Shown piece after piece: positions 10,249 through 19,323 of a stretch of DNA of 64,000 nucleotides. The notes beneath the pieces were generated by a model. The model saw only the letters and a list, made by a program, of their open reading frames with translations. It searched no databases and was not told the origin of the DNA. How positions within the stretch are numbered: the stretch's first letter is position 1; the number at the start of each line of letters is the position of its first letter. Source of the DNA: Marinicella sp. (GTDB taxonomy: Bacteria > Pseudomonadota > Gammaproteobacteria > Xanthomonadales > Marinicellaceae); NCBI GenBank assembly GCA_965230295.1, contig OZ246001.1, forward strand, positions 2,400,001 through 2,464,000. Direction: 5' to 3'. The position numbers and the translations under genes are program-made.

Positions 10249-10783
10249 AAGAAATATTCATTTTTTGCAGTTTATCTTTCAATGCCGCCATGGCTCTTTT
10301 AGATAAATTTTCTGCTTTGTAAAACGGCCATCCTGTTATTTCGGCCATTTCTTTAACTGAGTAGCCTTGTAGTCTCAGCTTGACCGCTACTCGACGACTT
10401 TCGGGTAATGTTTCTATGGCTTCAAGCACCTGTTGTTGGACTTCATGGTCTATAACGGTTTGATCTGGTTCAGCTTCTTGGCTGACCAAATCGGCTTGAT
10501 AACCTTGTTCATCACTGTCTTGTCCGGGTAAAGCGACATCTTGCGTATGTCTTTTGTGCTTTCTGGCCAGATCAATGATGACATTAGCCGCAGTTCTGTA
10601 TATATAAGACGAGAGGTTGTCTATTTCTCGGTCACTTTCTAGAATTTTTATTAATCGAATGGAAACTTCTTGATAAACATCATCGGCTGTAACCCCGATG
10701 ATTTGGATGTTTTTGCTGTAAACGGCCTGCTCAATCAAGTGTTGATGCTGGTGAAAAATTTTTTCAAGTTTGCGTTTGTTCAC
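10235..10783 (-). CDS. ECF sigma-70 factor
   Basis: Region 2 ADDVYQEV...SYIYRTAANVIIDLARK; region 4 LPESRRVAVKLRLQGYSVKEMAEITG. Confidence 0.9.
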   Translation of the reverse strand: MNKRKLEKIFHQHQHLIEQAVYSKNIQIIGVTADDVYQEVSIRLIKILESDREIDNLSSYIYRTAANVIIDLARKHKRHTQDVALPGQDSDEQGYQADLVSQEAEPDQTVIDHEVQQQVLEAIETLPESRRVAVKLRLQGYSVKEMAEITGWPFYKAENLSKRAMAALKDKLQKMNISYEID

Positions 10784-10788
10784 CGTAT

Positions 10789-12348
10789 TTACCAGGCATC
10801 AATAAAAGATAAAATAACACCCTTGGTATTCAATAAGGCATGTTTCTTGGCATATTGTATCGCAGTGAATCCTTGTTTGTTCACAGATTTTGGATTGGCA
10901 CCTAATTTCAACATTTCATGGACAATGTTGGCGATGTGGCTGTCATCGGCTTGATACTTCTTGCTTTTTGCCGCACCACACAAAATGTGTAAGGCCGTGT
11001 TGCCTTGCGGATTAACGGTATTGATGTCTAGCCCATTTTGGTGAATCAGGCGCAAGGTGGCTTTGGCTTTGGCGGTGTTGCCATAATATTCTGCAGCGAT
11101 GGCCACATTGTGATAAAGAGACATGCCAGCTTCATCTTGGGTATTGATGTCAGCACCGGCTTCTAGCAACATGTTGACACAAGCCTCACTCCATTGTGTT
11201 GCGGCCAGTGATAACAGTGGATAACCGCCTGGACCGGTCGCATTGCTTTGTGCGCCATGACTGAGTAACAAGCCAACCAAGGACCGGGAATTGCTGATGA
11301 TGGCACTGGAAAGTGGTGAGCTGCCATTATCCGAACGGTGATCAACATTGGCGTTGTTTTGAATCAAATAGGATGCCACGGCTCGGTGCCCCTTACCGGC
11401 GGCGTGAATCAGTCCGGTACAGCCTTTTGCATCAGTGATGTCTATGGATACGCCCTTGACTTTGAGTTTGTTGATGCGTCCCAGGTTCCCTTCTGTGATG
11501 GCAGCAAACCACTGTGTGCTGTGATCTTTGCTGACTGTTGGAGGAGGAGAACTGACTGTTTGGATTTCATTGTTGTCAGGCTTTGGTGTTTCCTGAATGT
11601 CATTGGTGATTTGATCGTCAGCGGTTAAAAATAAAGGCAATTCCATCTGTTTATCGGCTTCTATTTTGGTCACCAACAACTTGAATATGGCTGGGAATTT
11701 TTTCTCAGCAACGCTGTAAGCAGATTTTCCCCGGTGGTTTTTTGTCGTGCAGTCTACATTGTGCTCCAGCAGGGTTTTGATCAGTTTGGTGTTGGGGTTG
11801 GGCTGTTGCATGGCAATCAGCAAAGCATTGTCACCTTGCTGATTGCAGTGATGGACGTCTGTTTGTTGGGCTATCAGTAATTCAACAATTGGGTTTGATT
11901 GACTGATGACAGCATCTAAATAAGCATTCATGCCATGGTTGTCAGTGGCGGCCAAATCGTCATTGTTTTTAATCAAGTACCTGACTTTTTTCTCATGGCC
12001 CAATAAACAGGCTGTCATCAGTGCTGTGCGACCATTTTTATCAGTCGCTTCCAAGTCACCCGTGTGGGCAAACACCAACTCCAGGCCTTGGGTCATGTCT
12101 TTCTTGTATTGGGTGGCTGCTATCAGAGGCGGGCAGTGGCTTTCTTGCGGAACCATCTGATTGCTTAACAGGTGTTTGGCAATTTTCCATCGCCCATGTT
12201 TGAGTGCTACATTCAAGGGTGCAAAGTCCGGATGGTTCACTTCCTCAATGCCTAACCCTTGATCCATCAAATCAAGCAATTGACTCAATTGTCCTTGGCG
12301 ACAACAAGACAATATTTTCTTGGCGGCATCTGAGAGGGGTTGATTCAC
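10789..12348 (-). CDS. Ankyrin-repeat protein with two repeat blocks joined by a linker
   Basis: Repeats GRTALMTA, GDNALLIA, GCTGLIHAA, GSSPLSSA, GNTALHIL. Confidence 0.9.
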   Translation of the reverse strand: MNQPLSDAAKKILSCCRQGQLSQLLDLMDQGLGIEEVNHPDFAPLNVALKHGRWKIAKHLLSNQMVPQESHCPPLIAATQYKKDMTQGLELVFAHTGDLEATDKNGRTALMTACLLGHEKKVRYLIKNNDDLAATDNHGMNAYLDAVISQSNPIVELLIAQQTDVHHCNQQGDNALLIAMQQPNPNTKLIKTLLEHNVDCTTKNHRGKSAYSVAEKKFPAIFKLLVTKIEADKQMELPLFLTADDQITNDIQETPKPDNNEIQTVSSPPPTVSKDHSTQWFAAITEGNLGRINKLKVKGVSIDITDAKGCTGLIHAAGKGHRAVASYLIQNNANVDHRSDNGSSPLSSAIISNSRSLVGLLLSHGAQSNATGPGGYPLLSLAATQWSEACVNMLLEAGADINTQDEAGMSLYHNVAIAAEYYGNTAKAKATLRLIHQNGLDINTVNPQGNTALHILCGAAKSKKYQADDSHIANIVHEMLKLGANPKSVNKQGFTAIQYAKKHALLNTKGVILSFIDAW

Positions 12349-12404
12349 TTATTTATTCCGTTTCAAACTGTAGAACACAATTCATATTTATGTCAGGGTT
12401 CTGT

Positions 12405-13727
12405 TCAATTGAATGTCAGTGTCGCAGATAATCCCGTGGTGTTGTTGCGTTTTATTTCGATGTCCCAATTATACAGGTCACAAAGTCGTTTGACGATAGC
12501 TAATCCCAATCCCGATCCTTTGCTGTTGGGTTTTCCTGCCCGATAATGGCGGTCAAATAACTTGGGCAGCTCAGATTCAGTGACACCAATGCCTTCATCT
12601 TGTACTGTGACACTGTTTTTATTAAGGATGATATGAACGGTGCCTTCTGTGGTGTATTTGATGGCGTTGCCTATCAAGTTACTGAGCACCACTGACACAA
12701 CTGATTCAGGTGCTTTAACTTGTAACCAATCATTTTCAGTGATCCTGGTTTTTACAGGTTTGAGTTTCAAAGTGGGTTCAAATCCATCAATGATGTTTTT
12801 GATGATTTGGCCTGGCTGGGTCCTTTCATGCCCTGGATGTTCTTTGCGTTCTTCTCTGGCCAACAACAACAGTGTTTCAGTCAATTCTGTGGACTGTTTG
12901 GTGGCACGTTCAATCCGATCAATGCGGTCCAGCTCTTTGCTGGATATGTTGGGGTTTGATTTGATGAGTTCTACAGTGCTGCGTATCACAGTCAGCGGGG
13001 TTCTCAGTTCGTGACTGACATCGGCATTGAATTCTTTGTCTCTGATCACATAGTCAGTTAGTTTTTGTGCGTAGGCATCCAAGGCCTTGGCCACTTGACC
13101 GACTTCGTCATCGTGAAAGTTAGGAGCCAAAGGCTCTAAATGGGTGTCTGCATCCAAGTTCTCTAACATCGCAGCCAGTCTACTCAGTGGTTTGAGGGCT
13201 TTTTTCGATACATAGATGGCCAGTATATATGCCAGTAATAAAAACACCAAAAACATCGCAGTGAAAACCAGAAACAAGGGTTGGGAACTGCTGTCGATAT
13301 GACTGATGTCATTTTTTATGAAGCCCCAAACCGGTTGGTTATTGACCTGATGCCTTTTGTTGACCGCTACGATGAATGTCTTGTTGCCTTCTGTTAATAC
13401 ATGTGTGCCTTCTGTTAAATCGCCATAATGTAAGGGTAAATCCAAATGAAACTTGGACGGTGAAGTGATGAATGCTTCAATGTTGGTTGATACCTGTTCC
13501 TCAGTCAAGATGTTTGGGTTCATGCTGAACTTGAGCATGTAAGCATCCAAGTCTTCCTGAATGGTTTGAGCAATCAAATCATTTTGCAGGCGTTGACGAA
13601 TGCTCAATGAACTGATCGCAAAGAGGGAAGTTAGCAGGGTACTGAAAGCCAGAAATCCGATGATTATCCGGCTTTTTATACTACTCCGAAAGTTCATCCG
13701 GGTCCGAAACATGGTAACCAATGCCAT
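12405..13727 (-). CDS. Sensor histidine kinase (ColS-like); true start probably a few codons downstream
   Basis: Two TMs, HAMP, H-box DVSHELRTPL, N-box NLIGNAIKY, DEGIG, GSGLGLAIV. Confidence 0.93.
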   Translation of the reverse strand: MALVTMFRTRMNFRSSIKSRIIIGFLAFSTLLTSLFAISSLSIRQRLQNDLIAQTIQEDLDAYMLKFSMNPNILTEEQVSTNIEAFITSPSKFHLDLPLHYGDLTEGTHVLTEGNKTFIVAVNKRHQVNNQPVWGFIKNDISHIDSSSQPLFLVFTAMFLVFLLLAYILAIYVSKKALKPLSRLAAMLENLDADTHLEPLAPNFHDDEVGQVAKALDAYAQKLTDYVIRDKEFNADVSHELRTPLTVIRSTVELIKSNPNISSKELDRIDRIERATKQSTELTETLLLLAREERKEHPGHERTQPGQIIKNIIDGFEPTLKLKPVKTRITENDWLQVKAPESVVSVVLSNLIGNAIKYTTEGTVHIILNKNSVTVQDEGIGVTESELPKLFDRHYRAGKPNSKGSGLGLAIVKRLCDLYNWDIEIKRNNTTGLSATLTFN

Positions 13728-14367
13728 GCCTAGTGTGAATCAGGTTCTTCTCAAAAGGTTTATCAATACTGGTTCGAAGTCCATGAATATGGACACGCAA
13801 TGAATCTGAGTCTGGCATTTCTTCACCCCAAACTTTCACTTCAAGTTCTTCTCTTGGAACCACATATGGGCTTGATTCCATCAAGATTTGCAATAATTTC
13901 AAGCCAGTCGGGTTCATTTTAATGGCTTGACCGGCACGTTTTACCGTCAAACTGTCTAAGTTATACTCCAGATCAGCCACTGTGAGTTTACGGTTCAAAT
14001 TCTGTTTCTTGCGGTTGCCCAGCACCATAACCCTGGCTTCTAATTCTTGCAAGGCAAATGGTTTCACCATGTAGTCGTCGGCACCGTATTCGAAACCTTC
14101 CAGTTTCTGTTCTAACGTATCTCTGGCCGTTAACATAATCACAGGGGTGCTTTTTTTGGCATCTTTGCGTAACTTCTTACACAAATCCAGGCCATCCATC
14201 CCTGGCAGCATCAAGTCTAAAATGATGACATCAAAATCATTGGTCACAGCCAAATGTAATCCGGTCACACCATCACCAGCGTAATCGACAATATGATCTC
14301 GGTCTTCAAAATAATCGACAATGTTCGCAGCAATGTCGGTGTTGTCTTCAACTACTAATATTTTCAT
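13681..14367 (-). CDS. OmpR-family response regulator (ColR-like)
   Basis: LVVEDN, LDLMLPGMDG, GADDYMVKPF, winged helix SDSLRVHIHGLR...HTRHGIGY. Confidence 0.93.
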   Translation of the reverse strand: MKILVVEDNTDIAANIVDYFEDRDHIVDYAGDGVTGLHLAVTNDFDVIILDLMLPGMDGLDLCKKLRKDAKKSTPVIMLTARDTLEQKLEGFEYGADDYMVKPFALQELEARVMVLGNRKKQNLNRKLTVADLEYNLDSLTVKRAGQAIKMNPTGLKLLQILMESSPYVVPREELEVKVWGEEMPDSDSLRVHIHGLRTSIDKPFEKNLIHTRHGIGYHVSDPDELSE

Positions 14368-14468
14368 TTTAATCCTGTCTCAATGGGTTGTGTTTTCTTT
14401 TGTGTCCTTCCTGAATGCAACTCATATCTTCAAGCAAATGACAGCGTTTTGTCATAAGCTTTGCAGCT

Positions 14469-14556
14469 AAAAAAAATCCCAAGGAGCTGCAAAACGCCTT
14501 GGGAAATATATGATGCCCGGATAATAGTCAAATTCATTTGGAGAACTCTGACGTTG
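14469..14556 (-). ncRNA. Candidate ~85-90 nt sRNA or terminated leader upstream of the response regulator
   Basis: Minus-strand TATGAT -10 (14567-14562) preceded by TTAAC-N6-TTAAC; ends in TCCCAAGG-loop-CCTTGGGA hairpin plus 8 T; no long ORF. Confidence 0.45.
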
Positions 14557-14698
14557 AATCCATCATACTAACATTTCTGTTAAAACTTCGTTAAGCGTTA
14601 ATTAATTCATTGTAAATTAATCGGCTGTTTATTTGAAGTTTAAATTTCAGTCAATGGTCTTTGCTAAAATCATCACCTTGATGTTTTAAAATAGTCCC

Positions 14699-15238
14699 AT
14701 GCTGAGATTTTCTGTCATTTTCATTACCCTTATATTGTCCTTGTTGTTGTTGGAAATTTATGAACCTGTGCGGCAGGCCGTGATTTTGCCTTTTACCTCA
14801 GCATTGGCCAGTTTTTGTACCTGGTTGATTCATTTTTTTGACGGCAGCGTGGTGACTTACAAAGACATCATTGAAGACCCGGCGACAGGTCTTGCCATAC
14901 AAATAGCACCTGGCTGCAATGGTGTGGAAGCCATGATCATCTTACTGTCTGCGGTGTTGGCATTTCCATCACCTTGGTTTTATAAACTCAAAGGACTGTT
15001 CTGGGGATTTCTGGCCATTCAAGCCTTGAACACAGTCAGGATCATTTCGCTTTTTTACTTGCTGCAATGGGATAAAGATTGGTTCATGTTCTTTCACACG
15101 TATTTGTGGCAAGCGTTGATTGTGCTTGATGCTTTGGTGGTGTGGTTGATCTGGCTACGATACCTGCCAAAGAACCCTAAAAATACCGATGACATTGAGC
15201 CGGAAGATACGCCTGAACCCGTCACTCAAATCTCGTAA
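14699..15238 (+). CDS. xrtH: Exosortase H-type protein-sorting transpeptidase
   Basis: Short multi-TM protein with the Cys/Arg/His triad: IAPGCNGVEA, NTVRIISLFY, FHTYLWQALI. Confidence 0.85.
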   Translation: MLRFSVIFITLILSLLLLEIYEPVRQAVILPFTSALASFCTWLIHFFDGSVVTYKDIIEDPATGLAIQIAPGCNGVEAMIILLSAVLAFPSPWFYKLKGLFWGFLAIQALNTVRIISLFYLLQWDKDWFMFFHTYLWQALIVLDALVVWLIWLRYLPKNPKNTDDIEPEDTPEPVTQIS

Positions 15239-15249
15239 CTACAATTTGA

Positions 15250-15519
15250 CTAGCCGGTCTTGCATTGTTCAAGCAGCTTGATTAACTCATGGGATTTATT
15301 AACGAGTAGGGCACTCATATCTTCCTGTTCCTGTGCCAACATTTCAATTTCCGAGCACATGGCTGATATTTCAGCAAAACCATAGCTACCGCTGGACCCT
15401 GCCAACTGATGCACTTGAACGGTCAGCGCTTGAACATCTTGTCGTTCAAGCGCTGTTTCTAAGGTAGATATCTTTTCTTCAAAAGATGATAAAAATTTTT
15501 GTTTTAATTGCTCTAACAA
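15250..15519 (-). CDS. Stand-alone Hpt phosphotransfer protein
   Basis: HQLAGSSGSYGF motif in an 89-aa helical protein. Confidence 0.88.
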   Translation of the reverse strand: MLEQLKQKFLSSFEEKISTLETALERQDVQALTVQVHQLAGSSGSYGFAEISAMCSEIEMLAQEQEDMSALLVNKSHELIKLLEQCKTG

Positions 15520-15532
15520 GCTCGATAACCCA

Positions 15533-17836
15533 TCAATCTAACACCGTTATGGTGACTGTTGCAGTTGACTGTTGTGTGCCATCAGTGATCGTATAAGTGA
15601 ATGTGGTTTCACCACACCAACCCACAGGTGGCACGTAAGTCACTGTGCCATCGGCATTGATGTCTTCAATTGAGCCAATTAACCCATCAGTATCAACCGA
15701 AACCAGAGTAATGGTGTCACCATCTGGATCGCTGTCATTGGCCAGCAAGTTGATTGTCTTTGAACGGTTCATGGTGGTGAAGAACGAATCATCAACAGCC
15801 ACAGGTGCTGAATTGGGATCGAGTACAGTCACATTGACTGTGGCAGAAGCTGTACCACCATCGGCATCTGAGATGGTGTAATCAATGGTTGCTGTACCTA
15901 ACGAACCAGGTGTTGCCGTGATGCTCAAGGTGCCATCGCCATTGTCTACAACCATCAAATCACTGTTGCTGACAGTGAAATTCACAACACTCAAATTGGT
16001 TGCATCACCATCTGGATCAGAATCGTTGGACAAGACATCAACGACCAAAGTTTCTCCAATGGCCAATGAAGCGGTGTCATCATTGGCCACCGGTCCAATG
16101 TTCAGAACAGTAATCGTTACTGTTGCGGTATCGGTTCCACCTTCGCCATCTGATAAAACGTAGGTAAATGTATCGGTACCTATAAAACCACTGTTTGGCG
16201 TGTAAGTGATGACATCCCCATTATTAACCACAGTACCGTTACTGGCTGCAGAAGTTGATTCGATCACCAAAACATTACCTGTGTCTTCATCGGTGTCATT
16301 ACTTAACACATCAATCAAGATACCCGATGAATTGCGGTTGATGGTGATGCCGTCATCGTTCGCCACAGGTAAGGCATTCAAGAAAACGATTTCCCCCAAA
16401 GTGGTGTTGGTTTCAGTTTCTTGGTATTTATACACATCAACGGTGCGTTTGTGCTGTGCAGGGTTCCTCAATGCACGGCTGATCCAGGCTGCAGGCGCAT
16501 CGACCTTTCGTTTCACCCACTTCATAGGCAGATCTTCATCAGCGATGTCTACTTCTATAAAGTCTTCTTCAATGGTCAGGAATGATATTTCAACCCTGCG
16601 GTTTTTAGGTTTGTCTGGGCCGTCATTATCAAAAGCAGGTTGTGACTCACCCATGCCTTTGGTACGGATGATGTCGGTATCGATGCCATGTTCAACAAAA
16701 AATGCTTTGGCACTGCTGGCCCGTCTGGCAGATAAATCCAGGTTGTAATCATCTGATGCAATGTCACAAGTGTGGCCAACGATGTTGATGCTACTGGCCA
16801 GCTCGGAAGCTTTGATTTTTTCCACCAGAGTTTTTAACTCGGCAGCGGCATCATCACGGATGAAGTCTTTGTCTAAATCAAAGAACGCCATGGAAGACAG
16901 GTCGACTTGGTTTTGAACCACCTGACGATTTTCTAATTGCAGTTGTTTTAAACGATCTTCATCCAACACCTGAACCTCTTCATCGACCGTTGTGGGCAAG
17001 AATGATTGACCAAAGTCATAGCGATACATCAAATTTGCACGGGTATCATCTTTGTCGGTTTCAAAATCGCCGGTTTTTTTAATCTGCTCAACCGAGAGTG
17101 CCAGACTGTGTCCTGTGTTGTGAAAGTATTTTTCAAGATTGACACTTGCAGTGAATTGATCAGAATCAAAATCACCTTGCTCATAATCCAGGCCACCAGT
17201 TAAACGCACCAAGTTGTCCTCGAAGTATTTACCCATTCGGCCACCCACGCCCCAATCGTAGGGATGTTCGTAATTCCTGATGATGGTTTCTACAGTTTGT
17301 GTTTGCATGAAATCTCGACCATCCAATTGACCAAAAATATCGGTGGTCACTGAACTGGATGATTGGTTAACCAGCCGTGAACCTGAGACAGCAGAACTGA
17401 CGTTCACATTCCAAAACTTATCTCGGGCTTCTGATCCAAAACCAACGGTGACTTTGCGGTCATCAAACGTGTTTTGATCAATGGCAGCAAAGTATTTCCA
17501 AACACGTAAATCATCTTCATTGTTAATCAGATCTGCTTTTTCATTGGCTCCTGATAACCGGTGATAATCCAGTTTCAAGCCACCTGCACCATCGGACAAC
17601 CAAACCTCACCCATCCAGTTACTGTCCCAACTGGTGTTGAATGATTTAAGGAAGTCACCAATGATTTCTCCATCATTGTCTACACCGATACCTAAACGTG
17701 TGTCATCACCTGCATAAGCAAAGTTAATTTGATCTTCAGTGCCTGAAACTGCGGTTTGACCGGTTTGATTTTGAGCACCAGCACTCATGGCCGCCAGCAT
17801 GGCAGCAGCGAACAATTTGTTTTTGTGGTTTTCCAT
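15533..17836 (-). CDS. Outer-membrane protein: putative N-terminal beta-barrel, OmpA-like domain and three cadherin-like/Big_9 repeats
   Basis: Signal peptide after MENHKNK; amphipathic strands ending YRYDFG; OmpA motifs FFDLDKD, GHTCD, NLDLSARRA, NRRVEI; PVAxDD...DVLxNDxDxD repeats. Confidence 0.85.
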   Translation of the reverse strand: MENHKNKLFAAAMLAAMSAGAQNQTGQTAVSGTEDQINFAYAGDDTRLGIGVDNDGEIIGDFLKSFNTSWDSNWMGEVWLSDGAGGLKLDYHRLSGANEKADLINNEDDLRVWKYFAAIDQNTFDDRKVTVGFGSEARDKFWNVNVSSAVSGSRLVNQSSSSVTTDIFGQLDGRDFMQTQTVETIIRNYEHPYDWGVGGRMGKYFEDNLVRLTGGLDYEQGDFDSDQFTASVNLEKYFHNTGHSLALSVEQIKKTGDFETDKDDTRANLMYRYDFGQSFLPTTVDEEVQVLDEDRLKQLQLENRQVVQNQVDLSSMAFFDLDKDFIRDDAAAELKTLVEKIKASELASSINIVGHTCDIASDDYNLDLSARRASSAKAFFVEHGIDTDIIRTKGMGESQPAFDNDGPDKPKNRRVEISFLTIEEDFIEVDIADEDLPMKWVKRKVDAPAAWISRALRNPAQHKRTVDVYKYQETETNTTLGEIVFLNALPVANDDGITINRNSSGILIDVLSNDTDEDTGNVLVIESTSAASNGTVVNNGDVITYTPNSGFIGTDTFTYVLSDGEGGTDTATVTITVLNIGPVANDDTASLAIGETLVVDVLSNDSDPDGDATNLSVVNFTVSNSDLMVVDNGDGTLSITATPGSLGTATIDYTISDADGGTASATVNVTVLDPNSAPVAVDDSFFTTMNRSKTINLLANDSDPDGDTITLVSVDTDGLIGSIEDINADGTVTYVPPVGWCGETTFTYTITDGTQQSTATVTITVLD

Positions 17837-17942
17837 GGAATCGCCTTTTGTAAAAATGTACATTCACGGCATTTTAACAACAGGAAATTTTAAAGTCATG
17901 CTTATTTAGCGCATTTAACCATTTATCACATTGGAAAAGAGA

Positions 17943-17978
17943 ACCTTGACCTGGATGTACTGTCATCCAGACCAAGGT
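17943..17978 (-). terminator. Hairpin after the DUF3379 gene
   Basis: ACCTTG..CTGGATG-loop-CATCCAG..CAAGGT with a T-rich tail on the minus strand. Confidence 0.55.
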
Positions 17979-17990
17979 ATTTGGAGAGAA

Positions 17991-18686
17991 TTAATTGATT
18001 GGTTTCAATGCATTGACCAATGCGGTTTCTATTTGGGCGGTGCTTTCATGAGGACGGGCTATGATGGCGGCAGAGCCTTGTTCAAGCGCCACAATCTTGC
18101 CTTTGAAACCTTCCATTTGCATGTTGATGGCTTCATCCACCGGTGAGTTGGGCATATACAGGACGGTGATGGGTTGGTTTAAATCATTCATCACCACCAT
18201 GCGAGCCCCTTTGCCATTGAGGGTGGGACACAGTTTCATAAAGTGTACATCGCCCAACTCGCCATCAATGGCGGTGTTGATGCTGGCAAACAATGGTGCC
18301 AAGTCATCTTGAGGTATTTCTTCTTCTGACATATACACTGCTGGTTCCATCATCAAAGCTTCATTGATGAATTTTTCCAAGTCAGAGCTTTGGTTGTTTG
18401 ACAACATGAAGAAGCCCGCGCCAACAACCAGCACCATAGAAGCAGCCATGGCAAAGAACTGGTTTCTGAAGCGGTTTTGTTTGTTTTGTGCTTGATGGAA
18501 CTTGATGTGCTCAATGTGCATTTCAGGGACCGGAATGTTCAAGGCATCGATGATGACTTGTTCTTTTTCCATGGCATCCTGATAGGCTTTGCGACAGCGT
18601 TTATCATTGGCTTTGGCCTGTAAAAAATCAGGGTTTTTTGAGTATGGATCGGCATCCAGTATTTGTTTAAATTCAAAGTAATTCAT
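17991..18686 (-). CDS. DUF3379-like anti-sigma factor
   Basis: MNYFEFKQILDADP N-terminus, TM FAMAASMVLVVG; 4-bp overlap with the ECF sigma gene. Confidence 0.75.
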   Translation of the reverse strand: MNYFEFKQILDADPYSKNPDFLQAKANDKRCRKAYQDAMEKEQVIIDALNIPVPEMHIEHIKFHQAQNKQNRFRNQFFAMAASMVLVVGAGFFMLSNNQSSDLEKFINEALMMEPAVYMSEEEIPQDDLAPLFASINTAIDGELGDVHFMKLCPTLNGKGARMVVMNDLNQPITVLYMPNSPVDEAINMQMEGFKGKIVALEQGSAAIIARPHESTAQIETALVNALKPIN

Positions 18687-19198
18687 ATTTTGTTACCTAT
18701 TTTACTTTCCCTGTTTAAATGAGTTGTGAGTTGTTTTCTGGCACGAAACAATTGGGTCATGACTGCACTGGGACTGACATCAAGTTGTTCAGCTATTTCA
18801 TCACAGCTGAATCCACCTATCACTTGTAACATCAATGGCTCGGCATATTTGGCTTCGAGGTTCATCATGGCATTTCGGGTGATGTTGATATCCATCAGTT
18901 CATCAGGCGTTTTATGGCCTTTGTCTTCGACTTCAACCACCATGTCATCCAAACTGCTGATGATGGGTTTTTTCTTCTCGAATTGTCGGGCAAACTCTCT
19001 GCGTAAGATGGTAAATATCCAACTTTTGGCGGCTTTTTGATCTTTCAGAGAATCAATGGCACGCCAAGCACGCAGGTAAGTTTCTTGAACCAGATCCTTG
19101 GCCATGTGCTCGTCTTTTCCAAGCCAATAAGCAAAGCGATACAGGTCCTCGTAATAGATGCCCAACAAGGCGTCAAATTTTCTTTCTTTCATGCTCAT
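18683..19198 (-). CDS. ECF sigma-70 factor; start probably at 19198 or 19192 rather than 19276
   Basis: DLYRFAYWL, AKDLVQETYLRAW, WIFTILRRE, GGFSCDEIA, VMTQLFRARK. Confidence 0.92.
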   Translation of the reverse strand: MSMKERKFDALLGIYYEDLYRFAYWLGKDEHMAKDLVQETYLRAWRAIDSLKDQKAAKSWIFTILRREFARQFEKKKPIISSLDDMVVEVEDKGHKTPDELMDINITRNAMMNLEAKYAEPLMLQVIGGFSCDEIAEQLDVSPSAVMTQLFRARKQLTTHLNRESKIGNKI

Positions 19199-19323
19199 GT
19201 GACATAAGACCTCTGGCTTAAAATAATATGACAAAAAAATCATGACTTTAGGCATGTATTTTACGTGATTAAACAAAAATCTATATATTCATAGTAAGCT
19301 ACCCGTTTTTCAAAGACAGGTAT

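Noticed and set aside
15645-16748. Several plus-strand ORFs rich in Ser/Val/Thr
   Set aside because: Antisense shadows of the OmpA/Ig-repeat gene.
17991-19198. Second ECF sigma/anti-sigma pair as part of the tag system
   Set aside because: Ordinary DUF3379-type pair with a folded periplasmic domain and no tag-like repeats.
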